Position numbers and translations under genes: made by a program | The notes under the pieces: generated by a model | Told to the model about the DNA's origin: nothing | What the model saw: the letters and a program-made list of their open reading frames with translations, nothing else | The model's database searches: none | Assembly: GCF_006345805.1 (NCBI RefSeq) | Contig: NC_043012.1 | Coordinates: forward strand, 15,500,001 to 15,564,000 | Source: Octopus sinensis | Lineage: Eukaryota | Length of the DNA: 64,000 bases | Reading direction: 5' to 3' | In this document: piece after piece, positions 15,901-26,489 of the stretch | How the letters are laid out: every line of letters begins with the position of its first letter | How positions within the stretch are numbered: position 1 is the first letter of the stretch

Positions 15901-18900
15901 TGTGATGTAGTATTGCATAGTAATGCAGTTTGTGATGTAGTATTGCATAGTAATGTAGTTTGTGATGTAGTGCTGTATAGTAATGCAGTTCGTGATGTAG
16001 TATTGCATAGTAATGCAGTTTGTGATGTAGTATTGCATAGTAATGCAGTTTGTGATGTAGTATTGTATAGTAATGCAGTCTGTGCTGTAGTATTGCGTAG
16101 TAATGTAGTTTGTGAAGTAGTATTGCATAGTAATGCAGTTTGTGATGTAGTGCTGTATAGTAATGTAGTTTGTGATGTAGTATTGCATAGTAATGCAGTT
16201 TGTGATGTAGTATTGCATAGTAATGCAGTTTGTGATATAGTATTGCATAGTAATGTAGTTTGTTTGTGAGTATTGCATAGTAATGTAGTTTGTGATGTAG
16301 TATTGCATAGTAATGCAGTTTGTGATGTAGTATTGCATAGTAATGCAGTTTGTGATGTAGTGCTGTATAGTAATGCAGTTTGTGATGTAGTATTGCATAG
16401 TAATGCAGTTTGTGATATAGTATTGCATAGTAATGTAGTTTGTGATGTAGTATTACATAGTAATGTAGTTCGTGATGTAGTATTGCATAGTAATGCAGTT
16501 TGTGATGTAGTGCTGTATAGTAATGCAGTTTGTGATGTAGTATTGCATAGTAATGCAGTTTGTGATGTAGTATTGCATAGTAATGCAGTTTGTGATGTAG
16601 TATTGCATAGTAATGTAGTTTGTGATGTAGTATTGCATAGTAATGCAGTTTGTGATGTAGTGCTGTATAGTAATGCAGTTTGTGATGTAGTATTGCATAG
16701 TAATGCAGTTTGTGATGTAGTATTGCATAGTAATGCAGTTTGTGATATAGTATTGCATAGTAATGTAGTTTGTGATGTAGTATTACATAGTAATGTAGTT
16801 CGTGATGTAGTATTGCATAGTAATGCAGTTTGTGATGTAGTGCTGTATAGTAATGCAGTTTGTGATGTAGTATTGCATAGTAATGCAGTTTGTGATGTAG
16901 TATTGCATAGTAATGCAGTTTGAGATATAGTATTGCATAGTAATGTAGTTTGTGATGTAGTATTGCATAGTAATGTAGTTTGTGATGTAGTATTGCATAG
17001 TAATGCAGTTTGTGATGTAGTATTGCATAGTAATGCAGTTTGTGATGTAGTGCTGTATAGTAATGCAGTTTGTGATGTAGTATTGCATAGTAATGCAGTT
17101 TGTGATGTAGTATTGCATAGTAATGCATTTGTGATGTAGTATTGCATAGTAATGTAGTTTGTGATGTAGTATGCATAGTAATGCAGTTTGTGATATAGTA
17201 TTGCATAGTAATGTAGTTTGTGATGTAGTATTACATAGTAATGTAGTTCGTGATGTAGTATTGCATAGTAATGCAGTTTGTGATGTAGTGCTCTATAGTA
17301 ATGCAGTTTGTGATGTAGTATTGCATAGTAATGCAGTTTGTGATGTAGTATTGCATAGTAATGTAGTTTGATGTAGTGCTGTATAGTAATGCAGTTCGTG
17401 ATGTAGTATTGCATAGTAATGCAGTTTGTGATGTAGTATTGCATAGTAATGCAGTTTGTGATGTAGTATTGTATAGTAATGCAGTCTGTGCTGTAGTATT
17501 GCATAGTAATGTAGTTTGTGAAGTAGTATTGCATAGTAATGCAGTTTGTGATGTAGTGCTGTATAGTAATGTAGTTTGTGATGTAGTATTGCATAGTAAT
17601 GCAGTTTGTGATGTAGTATTGCATAGTAATGCAGTTTGTGATATAGTATTGCATAGTAATGTAGTTTGTGATGTAGTATTGCATAGTAATGTAGTTTGTG
17701 ATGTAGTATTGCATAGTAATGCAGTTTGTGATGTAGTATTGCATAGTAATGCAGTTTGTGATGTAGTGCTGTATAGTAATGCAGTTTGTGATGTAGTATT
17801 GCATAGTAATGCAGTTTGTGATATAGTATTGCATAGTAATGTAGTTTGTGATGTAGTATTACATAGTAATGTAGTTCGTGATGTAGTATTGCATAGTAAT
17901 GCAGTTTGTGATGTAGTGCTGTATAGTAATGCAGTTTGTGATGTAGTATTGCATAGTAATGCAGTTTGTGATGTAGTATTGCATAGTAATGCAGTTTGTG
18001 ATGTAGTATTGCATAGTAATGTAGTTTGTGATGTAGTATTGCATAGTAATGCAGTTTGTGATGTAGTGCTGTATAGTAATGCAGTTTGTGATGTAGTATT
18101 GCATAGTAATGCAGTTTGTGATGTAGTATTGCATAGTAATGCAGTTTGTGATATAGTATTGCATAGTAATGTAGTTTGTGATGTAGTATTACATAGTAAT
18201 GTAGTTCGTGATGTAGTGTTGCATAGTAATGCAGTTTGTGATGTAGTGCTCTATAGTAATGCAGTTTGTGATGTAGTATTGCATACTAATGCAGTTTGTG
18301 ATGTAGTATTGCATAGTAATGCAGTTTGTGATGTAGTATTGCATAGTAATGCAGTTTGTGATGTAGTATTGCATAGTAATGCAGTTTGTGATGTAGTATT
18401 GCATAGTAATGCAGTTTGTGATGTAGTATTGCATAGTAATGCAGTTTGTGATGTAGTGCTGCATAGTAATGCAGTTTGTGATGTAGTGCTGCATAGTAAT
18501 GCAGTTTGTGATGTAGTATTGCATAGTAATGCAGTTTGTGATGTAGTATTGCATAGTAATGTAGTTTGTGATATAGTATTGCATAGTAATGCAGTTTGTG
18601 ATGTAGTGCTCTATAGTAATGCAGTTTGTGATGTAGTGCTGTATAGTAATGCAGTTTGTGATGTGGTATTGCATAGTAATGCAGTCCGTGATGTAGTATT
18701 GCATAGTAATGCAGTTTGTGATGTAGTATTGCATAGTAATGCAGTTTGTGATGTAGTGCTGCATAGTAATGTAGTTTGTGATGTGCTGCATAGTAATGCA
18801 GTTTGTGATGTAGTATTGCATGGTAATGTAGTTTGTGATGTAGTATTGCATAGTAATGTAGTTTGTGATGTAGTGCTGTATAGTAATGCAGTTTGTGGTG

Positions 18901-19011
18901 TAGTATTGCATAGTAATGCAGTTTGTGATGTAGTACTCTATAGTAATACAGTTTGTGATGTAGTATTACATAGTAATGCAGTTTGTGATGTAGCGCTGTA
19001 TAGTAATGCAG
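911..19011. repeat. 30-bp tandem satellite/minisatellite, ~600 copies, consensus TGTGATGTAGTATTGCATAGTAATGCAGTT
   Basis: Continuous 30-nt periodicity with a degenerate left edge (~911-1010) and an abrupt right end at ~19011. Strong G-over-C skew on + (8 G, 2 C per unit). Diagnostic variants recur at kb-scale spacing. Confidence 0.98.
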
Positions 19012-19012
19012 C

Positions 19013-19135
19013 GTGAAACCTACCGGGTGCGTGCTGCATCCTCTTCTGCCACGAGGGCCGAAGAAGCCCCAGAAGAGAGTGCTATCCATCGGGCACGCAA
19101 CGCTGCATCCACTTCTGCCACGAGGCTGGCAGATT
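19013..19135 (+). other. Short coding-like fragment with a 69-nt (23-aa) internal repeat, STPR/Helitron-N-terminal-like
   Basis: GCTGCATCC-x-CTTCTGCCACGAGG at 19033 and 19102 (period 69). Translates RVRAASSSATRAEEAPEESAIHRARNAASTSATRLA. Confidence 0.35.
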
Positions 19136-19236
19136 ACGTCAACCATTGGATAATGAGACTTCAGTCTAATGTTCACTCCTCAGCCCTTCCTCTTTTTACT
19201 CCTTGGTCAAGACCCTATGCAGCACTACATCACAAA

Positions 19237-21262
19237 ATGTTCCATCTTCATCACCACTGACATCGGACTCTATATCTACTATGCAATTTACACCAGCAAT
19301 GCTGCAACGCCACCTAAAGAATAAACGCAATTATGCATCTCCTGGTCTTGATGGTGTTACATACCTACTTCTCAAACGCGGTGGGTACTTTCTTCTAAGC
19401 CAACTTTCTCTATTCTTCCAATTCTGTCTTGACAATGGTGTTACTCCAGAACAGTGGAAAACTGCCAGTGTCATCCCTCTGTTCAAAAAAGGCGACCGCA
19501 CATCGCCTGTCAACTATCGCCCCGTCAGTCTTACTAGCTGCATCTGTTTCTTTATTGCCCACAAGGGGCTAAACATAGAGGGGACAAACAAGGACAGACA
19601 AACGGATTAAGTCGATTACATCGACCCCAGTGCGTAACTGGTACTTAATTTATCGACCCCGAAAGGATGAAAAGCAAAGTCGACCTCGGCGGAATTTGAA
19701 CTCAGAACGCAACGACAGACGCAATACCGCTAAGCATTTCGCCCGGTGTGCTAACGTTTCTGCCAGCTCGCGGTGTGCTAACGTTTCTGCCAGCTCGCGG
19801 TGTGCTAACGTTTCTGCCAGCTCGCCGTCTTACTAGCTGCATCGCCAAACTGATGGAATTCCTGTATCAGAGAAACCCTCTGGAACTTCTGGAAGTCTCA
19901 CAGCCTCATCCAGCCGTCACAATTCGGATTTATTCCTAACTCCAGCTGCTGTAATCAACTCATCGAGTTTCTTGAGGACGTTACCCAAATCACTGATCGC
20001 GGATCCTGGGTGGATGTTGTTTACCTGGACTTTGCTAAGGCTTTTAACTCTGTGCCACACAAAAGACTTATGGTGAAGCTTTCTGCGTTGGGTGTAAGAG
20101 ACGAACTCTATAACTGGTTGAAGTCCTTTATTTTCAGCCGAAAAGAGGTTGTCACAGTTCTAGGACAGCACTCTTCGCCCTATGAGGTGACATCTGGTGT
20201 ACCACAGGGATCTGTTCTTGGCCCCCTTTTATTTGTTGCATATGTTAATGACATAGATGCCAACTTAAAGAATGCCACAGTGCTGAAATATGCAGATGAC
20301 ATCAAGCTGTACCTCCAAATAAAGAGGTCAAATCCTGTACACTATAGATCTCTATTGCAAGCAGACCTGGACACAATGCAGCAGTGGATCATGGACTGGC
20401 AACTCAAGCTGGCTGTGGACAAATGTACCACCATGCATTTTGGGAGGAGAAACCCAGCGTCCACCTACTCCCTCCACAACACTAGTCTCAAAAAGTCTTC
20501 ATGTGAACGTGACCTGGGTGTTATTGTCGACAGTGATTTGCGTTGGACAAAACACATCGCTAAAATTGTCAAGAAGGCTGAGGGTGTCTTGGCATCACTC
20601 ACCAAATCCTTTGTGAGCCGCTCTCCGGCTATCTATCTGCGGCTTTATATAGCTATGGTAAGACCTCACCTGGAATTTGCATCACCGGTCTGGAACCCCT
20701 ATCTTGCCCTGGATATCAATCGTCTGGAAGCTGTTCAGCGACGTGCAACCAAAAGAATACCCTCCATCAGGCATTTGCCATATCCTGAACGCCTTACTTC
20801 CCTGGGCATGGACACATTGAAACTCCGACGTCTGGCAGCTGACTTGGCAGACACCCATAAAATTATCAACCATCGTACAAACAATAACTCTGAGCACCTT
20901 TTCAAACTCCACCCATCTAACACCCGTGGACATATTTACAAAGTAAGAAAACAGCACAGCTCCCATGACTTCAGGAAACATTTTTTCACGCTGAGAGTTG
21001 CTGAAGCATGGAACAAACTGCCGGCATCAGTTGTTAGTTGTCGGAGCACTGCATCCTTCAAAACTTCCATGCTTCCTGAGATTCGCCAACACTACACTTG
21101 ATTTTCTCCCCTCCATACACACACACAAGCATGTATCTGACTCATACATTGTTCGCTTTCCAGACATTTCTACATTACTGCATGTACTTTATATGCACTT
21201 TCTGACAAGTTGTGGTGCACCTGAGCACTGTATACAATAATTTCATTATTATCATTATTATT
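19237..21262 (+). mobile_element. 5'-truncated CR1/L2-group LINE (RT domain to 3' tail), interrupted by a SINE
   Basis: Motifs SPGLDG, WKTASVIPLFKKGD, NYRPVSLTS, QFGF, VYLDFAKAF, GVPQGSVLGPLLF, KYADD, LEAVQRRATK; stop at 21101; ATT-rich tail 21241-21262. One frameshift near 19865 and a SINE insert at 19545-19826. Confidence 0.93.
19545..19826 (-). mobile_element. Nin/Deu-domain SINE (monomer) with triplicated 27-bp 5' head
   Basis: Reverse-strand A and B boxes. CGGTGTGCTAACGTTTCTGCCAGCTCG x3 at 19744-19824. Perfect 17-bp TSD GTCTTACTAGCTGCATC at 19528-19544 and 19827-19843. Confidence 0.93.
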
Positions 21263-21284
21263 AAAAGTCAATTAATAAGACTTT

Positions 21285-21380
21285 CGGTCTACCATGACTG
21301 AAGAACGCTTAAATTCCTTATGCATGTTGTCTCTAGAAAATGACATTACAAGGAAGCTGCCATATGACAAATATGTTGCT
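21285..21380 (+). mobile_element. hAT transposase C-terminal (dimerisation domain) remnant
   Basis: Translates RSTMTEERLNSLCMLSLENDITRKLPYDKYVA, matching the LRSTM..ERL..L..LSIE motif of hAT/ZMYM1-like transposases. Confidence 0.7.
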
Positions 21381-23343
21381 ACAAAAAAAAACAAAAAAAA
21401 ACCCCCAGAAAAAAGAGTATTTTGTAATTTTCATATGTATCTCAATGATGCATCATGCACATATATATAAAGCCTCCCTAAATTTTGACCCCCATAACTC
21501 TAAAAGTATAAGGCATAGCCTGGAAAATATTTAATGATCTGCCATGGAACAACCACATCGACAAAGATATCGGTGATTATCCACACTTAGTTTCTGGTGA
21601 GGGCTCACTTTCAGATTCATTTTAAGGACTCCATGTCACAACTCCACCATTTAGGCTATCAGGACTTCAAGCTGGAGTTCCTTGCAAGGGCACGAACATT
21701 CTTTGACCCTTGTTGGATGTTACCCTACAATTGCTGTGTGGGAGTGCACACAACGTGCGCTTTCGTGATAGAAATTCAACAAAAAATATGCCGTAAAGAT
21801 GCCTTTTTATTATCATGAGATTAACAAACTATATCAAGAATTCCAGCTCCTTTCCCCTCTACTTGTCTCCTCCATCATCCCCTATTGTGTGATGCTCGCC
21901 TGATTATGAGGCCCCTCGCCCTTTTAAAGGCAACACGTTGTCGTTCTGGTTATTGTTCTTGGTTAAGTCTCAATTAACGTTGAGTTGAGTGAATCCATTC
22001 CATCTGTGAGGATTCTATCTTTTTGTCAGACATACTGTATCTTGGACTATATCATCCACCATGTATTTTAATTTCTAAGACAATAGGAAGAGACAAAGAA
22101 CTATGACTGTTATTTCTAGCAGGGATCTACAACCATCCAGTGACATGTTTGTAGGCTACTTATGTACGTTATTTGATAGACATATAATGTGACATTGAGT
22201 GATGCCTTGGTAACAAGTAATGTTGATGCTATTGCGATTTAACTCCAGCCCGGAACAAATAAACATACAATCAATAAAAACTATTTTTTTCGCCCCTTAC
22301 ATATAAGTTGTAAGGGCATAAATGAATGACATAAATGATCCACATTAAAATACAAACTGTTATGCGTGTGGTTTGTTGTATTGGGAAAGACAACCAGTTT
22401 AAAACCATTGTTATTATTTAACGTGTTTATTGACGTTGCTTGATTACACGGACGACATTAGTGTAGTGATACATTGTTTACTTTTCACACAGTTCGTACT
22501 ATTCACTACAAAATAGTGCCAAGAGTAGGGAGTAGTTTGGCATTCGCAAACACACAGATATGAATATGTAACACAAACCCAATACTGAAAAAAACACAAA
22601 ATCACACATCCTTGTTGCAACCTGTTATTTTATTCCATGTATGGCAATCATTGTATTTTATAACAGACAATAAATCATCGCTAACCTCTTCATTTTCATA
22701 ATCACGTCATGTATATCCATTTTTACATTTTTCTTATTCACCATTCGTTATATGATCTTCTCTTTTTTTTTGTTTTTTTAGATAGCAGTGGGATTTAATA
22801 AAGAATTGGCTGTTATTTCTAGAAGTTCTTTAATTGACTCCTGTAAAAGAAATGTCGTACACAAGTTCATTTTTTAAATTAATTAATTGAATTGTTGGTG
22901 TTTAAGCTGAACATCAATTACATTAATCGGACCAATCTGTGAAAGCCTACTCAAGCAAGGTCCCGGAAATAGGGTGGGTGGGTGTGCTAGTACCCACGAA
23001 AAGTTTTGGTGGGTGCAAAATCAAAACTTACAGTCCTTACTTAGTTTTCCCATCTTTAGAAAATAGTGTTTAAAAAAGGGGATCTGTAAAACGTTGCTTG
23101 AAGTTAGGTTTCTTCTCAAAACAATAACAACGAAGAAAACTAAAAAATAAAAAGAAAGTTTATTGACTAAGCTGGTCCTAAAATTCTCAAGGGAACTCCT
23201 AAGAACCAAACTAATGCACAAATAATGTACCCACTTCTGATGAGAACCTAATAGTTAATTATTCTTGAAATATGGTTTATTCAACCCCTCAGCGTACAAA
23301 CCAACCATGTCCAACCCAAATATTCTACTTGTTTTAATAGGGT

Positions 23344-23712
23344 CAGGCGTGGTTGTGCGGTAAGAAGCTTGCTTTCCAACTATATGATTCCGAGTTCAGT
23401 TCCACTGTGTGACTCCTTGGGCAAGTGTCTTCTACTATAGCTTCGGGCCGACCAAAGCCTTGTGAGTGGGTTTGTAAACGGAAACTGAAAGAAGCCGTCG
23501 TATAGATATCTCCACCTATTTACCTGGGACAAGGCCCATAATTCGTACAAGCAATAACCGGAATTCGTGTGTTTACGTCCCGATAGAATAAGTACTAGTA
23601 GAGACCGATAGAATAAGTACTAGTAGAGACCGATAGAATAAGTACTAGGCTTTAAAAAAAAAAAACTCTGGCGACGATTTGTTCAACTAAAACCTTTCAA
23701 GGCAGTGCTTCA
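23344..23712 (+). mobile_element. tRNA-derived CORE-like SINE with internal 25-bp triplication
   Basis: GAGTTCAGTTCC B-box-like, CCTTGGGCAAGTGTCTTCT core motif; CGATAGAATAAGTACTAGTAGAGAC x~2.7 at 23581-23648. Confidence 0.85.
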
Positions 23713-24474
23713 GCCTACGCCAAGGGATACATCTTGTAACATAATCACCACCACTAAATGCTAAATCACAATATAGCTTCTACTAAGTCGGAATACTAAA
23801 ATCTGCTGCTATTCCAAACGCGAAAGATATTGTCTAAAGCATGATTGTTCTTTCACTCATCTTCCATGGATTCGACGCACTTTTAAAAGCGTGACACTCA
23901 GCCATTACCAAATCCACAGTAGAAACATTCCTTACAGTGGCAGTGTTGATCCACACTCTCACCGAAACCCAGAAATCACTCAGATATCCACCGGCCGCAA
24001 ATAGAAAAACCAACGGTCACGAACCATATGACGATTATCATTTTCAGCAATGCAACCATAACAACTCCAGATAACAACCTCACTCAAAACAAGAAAATTC
24101 TTTTTTTGCCATGATCTGGCAAAAGAAATCAAAGAAAAAACAAAAGAGACCTTTTTATTTTCACACAGCACCAAACACTGACACTACCCCAGTGCACAAC
24201 CACACACCATTGGTGTCATTAACCCACAAATTCAATTCAGTAATAATGGTTAAAGTGCAAGGTCTCTCGCACTTCACAAATCGGACAAAAATACCATCTG
24301 TTCGGGACATTGCACACAGTGAATTTGTGCAGCACTAAGTGAAACGCATCCGATCCCAGACATATTAGATGCAGTAGTACATATGTCAGAGCTGATCACA
24401 CAATACAGAAACAAGGAGATTGACTTCCCTGCGTGGAAATACACCCCCCACTTTTGTTATATGTATATATATAT

Positions 24475-24704
24475 ATTTCTTTACTGCCCACAAGGGGCTA
24501 AACATAGAGGGGACAAACAAGGACAGACAAAGAGATTAAGTCGATTACATCGACCCCAGTGCGAAACTGGTGCTTTATTTATCGACCCCGAAAGGATGAA
24601 AGGCAAAGTCGACCTCGGCGGAATTTGAACTCACAACGTAACGACAGACGAAATACCGCTAAGCATTTCGCCCGACACGCTAACGTTTCTGCCAGCTCGA
24701 CGCC
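24475..24704 (-). mobile_element. Nin/Deu-domain SINE (monomer)
   Basis: Near-identical to 19545-19770 and 45553-45780. Confidence 0.9.
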
Positions 24705-24707
24705 TTT

Positions 24708-25030
<323 letters not shown>

Positions 25031-25387
25031 TCTTTTACTCTTTTACTTGTTTCAGTCATTTGACTGCGGCCGTGCTGGAGCACCGCCTTTAGTCGACCAA
25101 ATCGACTCCAGGACTTATTCTATCGGTCTCTTTTGCCAAACCGCTAAGTTACGGGGACGTAAACACACCTGCATCGGTTGTCAAGCGATGTTGGGTGGAC
25201 AAACACAGACACACAAACACACACACATATATATATATACATATACACGACAGGCTTCTTTCAGTTTCCGTCTACCAAATCCACTCACAAGGCTTTGGTC
25301 GGCCCAAGGCTATAGTAGAAGTGGGACTGAATCCAGAACCATGTGGTTCGTAAGCAAGCTACTTACCACACAGCCACTCCTGCACCT
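25031..25387 (-). mobile_element. tRNA-derived CORE-like SINE
   Basis: Reverse complement of the AGGCGCAGGAGTGGCTGTGTGGTAAG... family seen at 47703, 53962 and 57821. Confidence 0.88.
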
Positions 25388-25406
25388 GTGTGTGTGTGTA
25401 TATATA

Positions 25407-25472
<66 letters not shown>

Positions 25473-25581
25473 TATATATACATACACACACACACATATA
25501 CATATATATACATACACACACACATACATACACACATATATATATATTATATATTTCTATATAAATAAATAATATATATAT

Positions 25582-25616
<35 letters not shown>

Positions 25617-25770
25617 GAATATATACATATGTATATATATGTATATATATATATATATATGTGGTGTGTGTGTGTGTGTGTGTGTGGTGTGTGTGTGTGT
25701 GTGTGTGTATGTATATATATATATATATATGTGTGTGTGTATATATATATATGTATATATATATATGTAT
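25388..25770. repeat. Compound (TA)n/(CA)n/(TG)n microsatellite
   Basis: Direct reading. Confidence 0.95.
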
Positions 25771-25971
25771 AACAATTGCAGCGTGGAAGGTGTTTGTAAG
25801 CCATTTAAGAAACACAGAGATGTAGCACGGATTTTTGTCAGTGAAGAGGTCGCGACGAAAATATTAGCGACGAAAATATTTTGACAAATTAAACTTAAAT
25901 GTTGAAGTGAATCGAACGGCTTTTGTGTGTTTCTTAAATGGCTTACAAACACCTTCCACGCTGCAATTGTT
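25771..25971. repeat. Perfect 46-bp inverted repeat enclosing a hammerhead-like motif
   Basis: AACAATTGCAGCGTGGAAGGTGTTTGTAAGCCATTTAAGAAACACA at 25771-25816 and its exact reverse complement at 25926-25971. Confidence 0.95.
25834..25888 (+). ncRNA. Minimal type-I hammerhead-ribozyme-like motif (G3 core variant)
   Basis: Stem I TTTGTCA/TGACAAA (7 bp), core GTGAAGA, stem II GTCGC/GCGAC, GAAA, palindromic stem III AATATT, position 17 = U. Confidence 0.6.
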
Positions 25972-26287
25972 TTCGTTCCAGCACACGACCTCAGATCAAA
26001 TCACTTGCTATGCGAGTACATCTCCCTATATATGTATATATATATATATATATATAATAGAAATATTAAAATCACTAAGTCTCTCTAAAAGAGATTACGG
26101 CAGCGTTACTGGAAATTAATTGTTATCGCCATATTAATATGGCAGTCTTATAGATATAAGACTAAAAGCTGTCGCTGATTAGCTCCATGCGGCCATCGCC
26201 TTAAGATAGCTATTTGACATACAAACTGTGTCCATTATAACCTTCGAACAAGGGAGGTCAGCCGTTTCACACTGCCAGTCAGACAGC

Positions 26288-26326
26288 TACAGACACGTTT
26301 CAGGGTATTTGCCCTTTGTCAATGTA
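26288..26326 (-). ncRNA. Decayed minimal hammerhead-like motif
   Basis: Minus strand TACA-TTGACAA-AGGG(CAAATA)CCCT-GAAA-CGTGTC-TGTA: stem I TACA/TGTA, core two substitutions from CTGACGA, stem III one substitution from the palindrome ACGCGT, GUC triplet. Confidence 0.4.
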
Positions 26327-26489
26327 ACGTAGTCAGACCCAGCAGGTGTCGCCACTGATCGTCTCTGTTCGAAGGTTTTATTTACCTAGTTTCAGTGGAA
26401 TACATCCACTTGTTTTCAATAATAGAAATATTAAAATTACTAAGTCTTTTTTAATTTTATATTGCAACAGCGAACAGTGAAATATAGAA

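Noticed and set aside
5905-16923. TGT->TGA at the Cys codon as selenocysteine recoding
   Set aside because: One substitution propagated by higher-order duplication explains it; there is no evidence of translation or a SECIS element.
911-19011. Possible CRISPR array
   Set aside because: Units are head-to-tail with no unique spacers, there are no cas genes, and the context is eukaryotic.
820-19176. Very long ORFs (HHKLHYYAIL, TTLLCNTTSQ, ITMQYYITNC repeats) on the minus strand
   Set aside because: The 30-bp unit lacks TTA/CTA/TCA on the plus strand, so all three minus frames are open by composition. The ORFs hop frames at indels and have no unique domains.
23237-23280. CTGATGA...GAAA as a fifth hammerhead
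   Set aside because: Stem II is out of register, position 17 would be G, and there is no stem I complement.
23760-24400. Possible coding remnant on the minus strand (AGGYLSDFWVSVRVW...)
   Set aside because: No motif I can assign with confidence, and there are stops in all frames.
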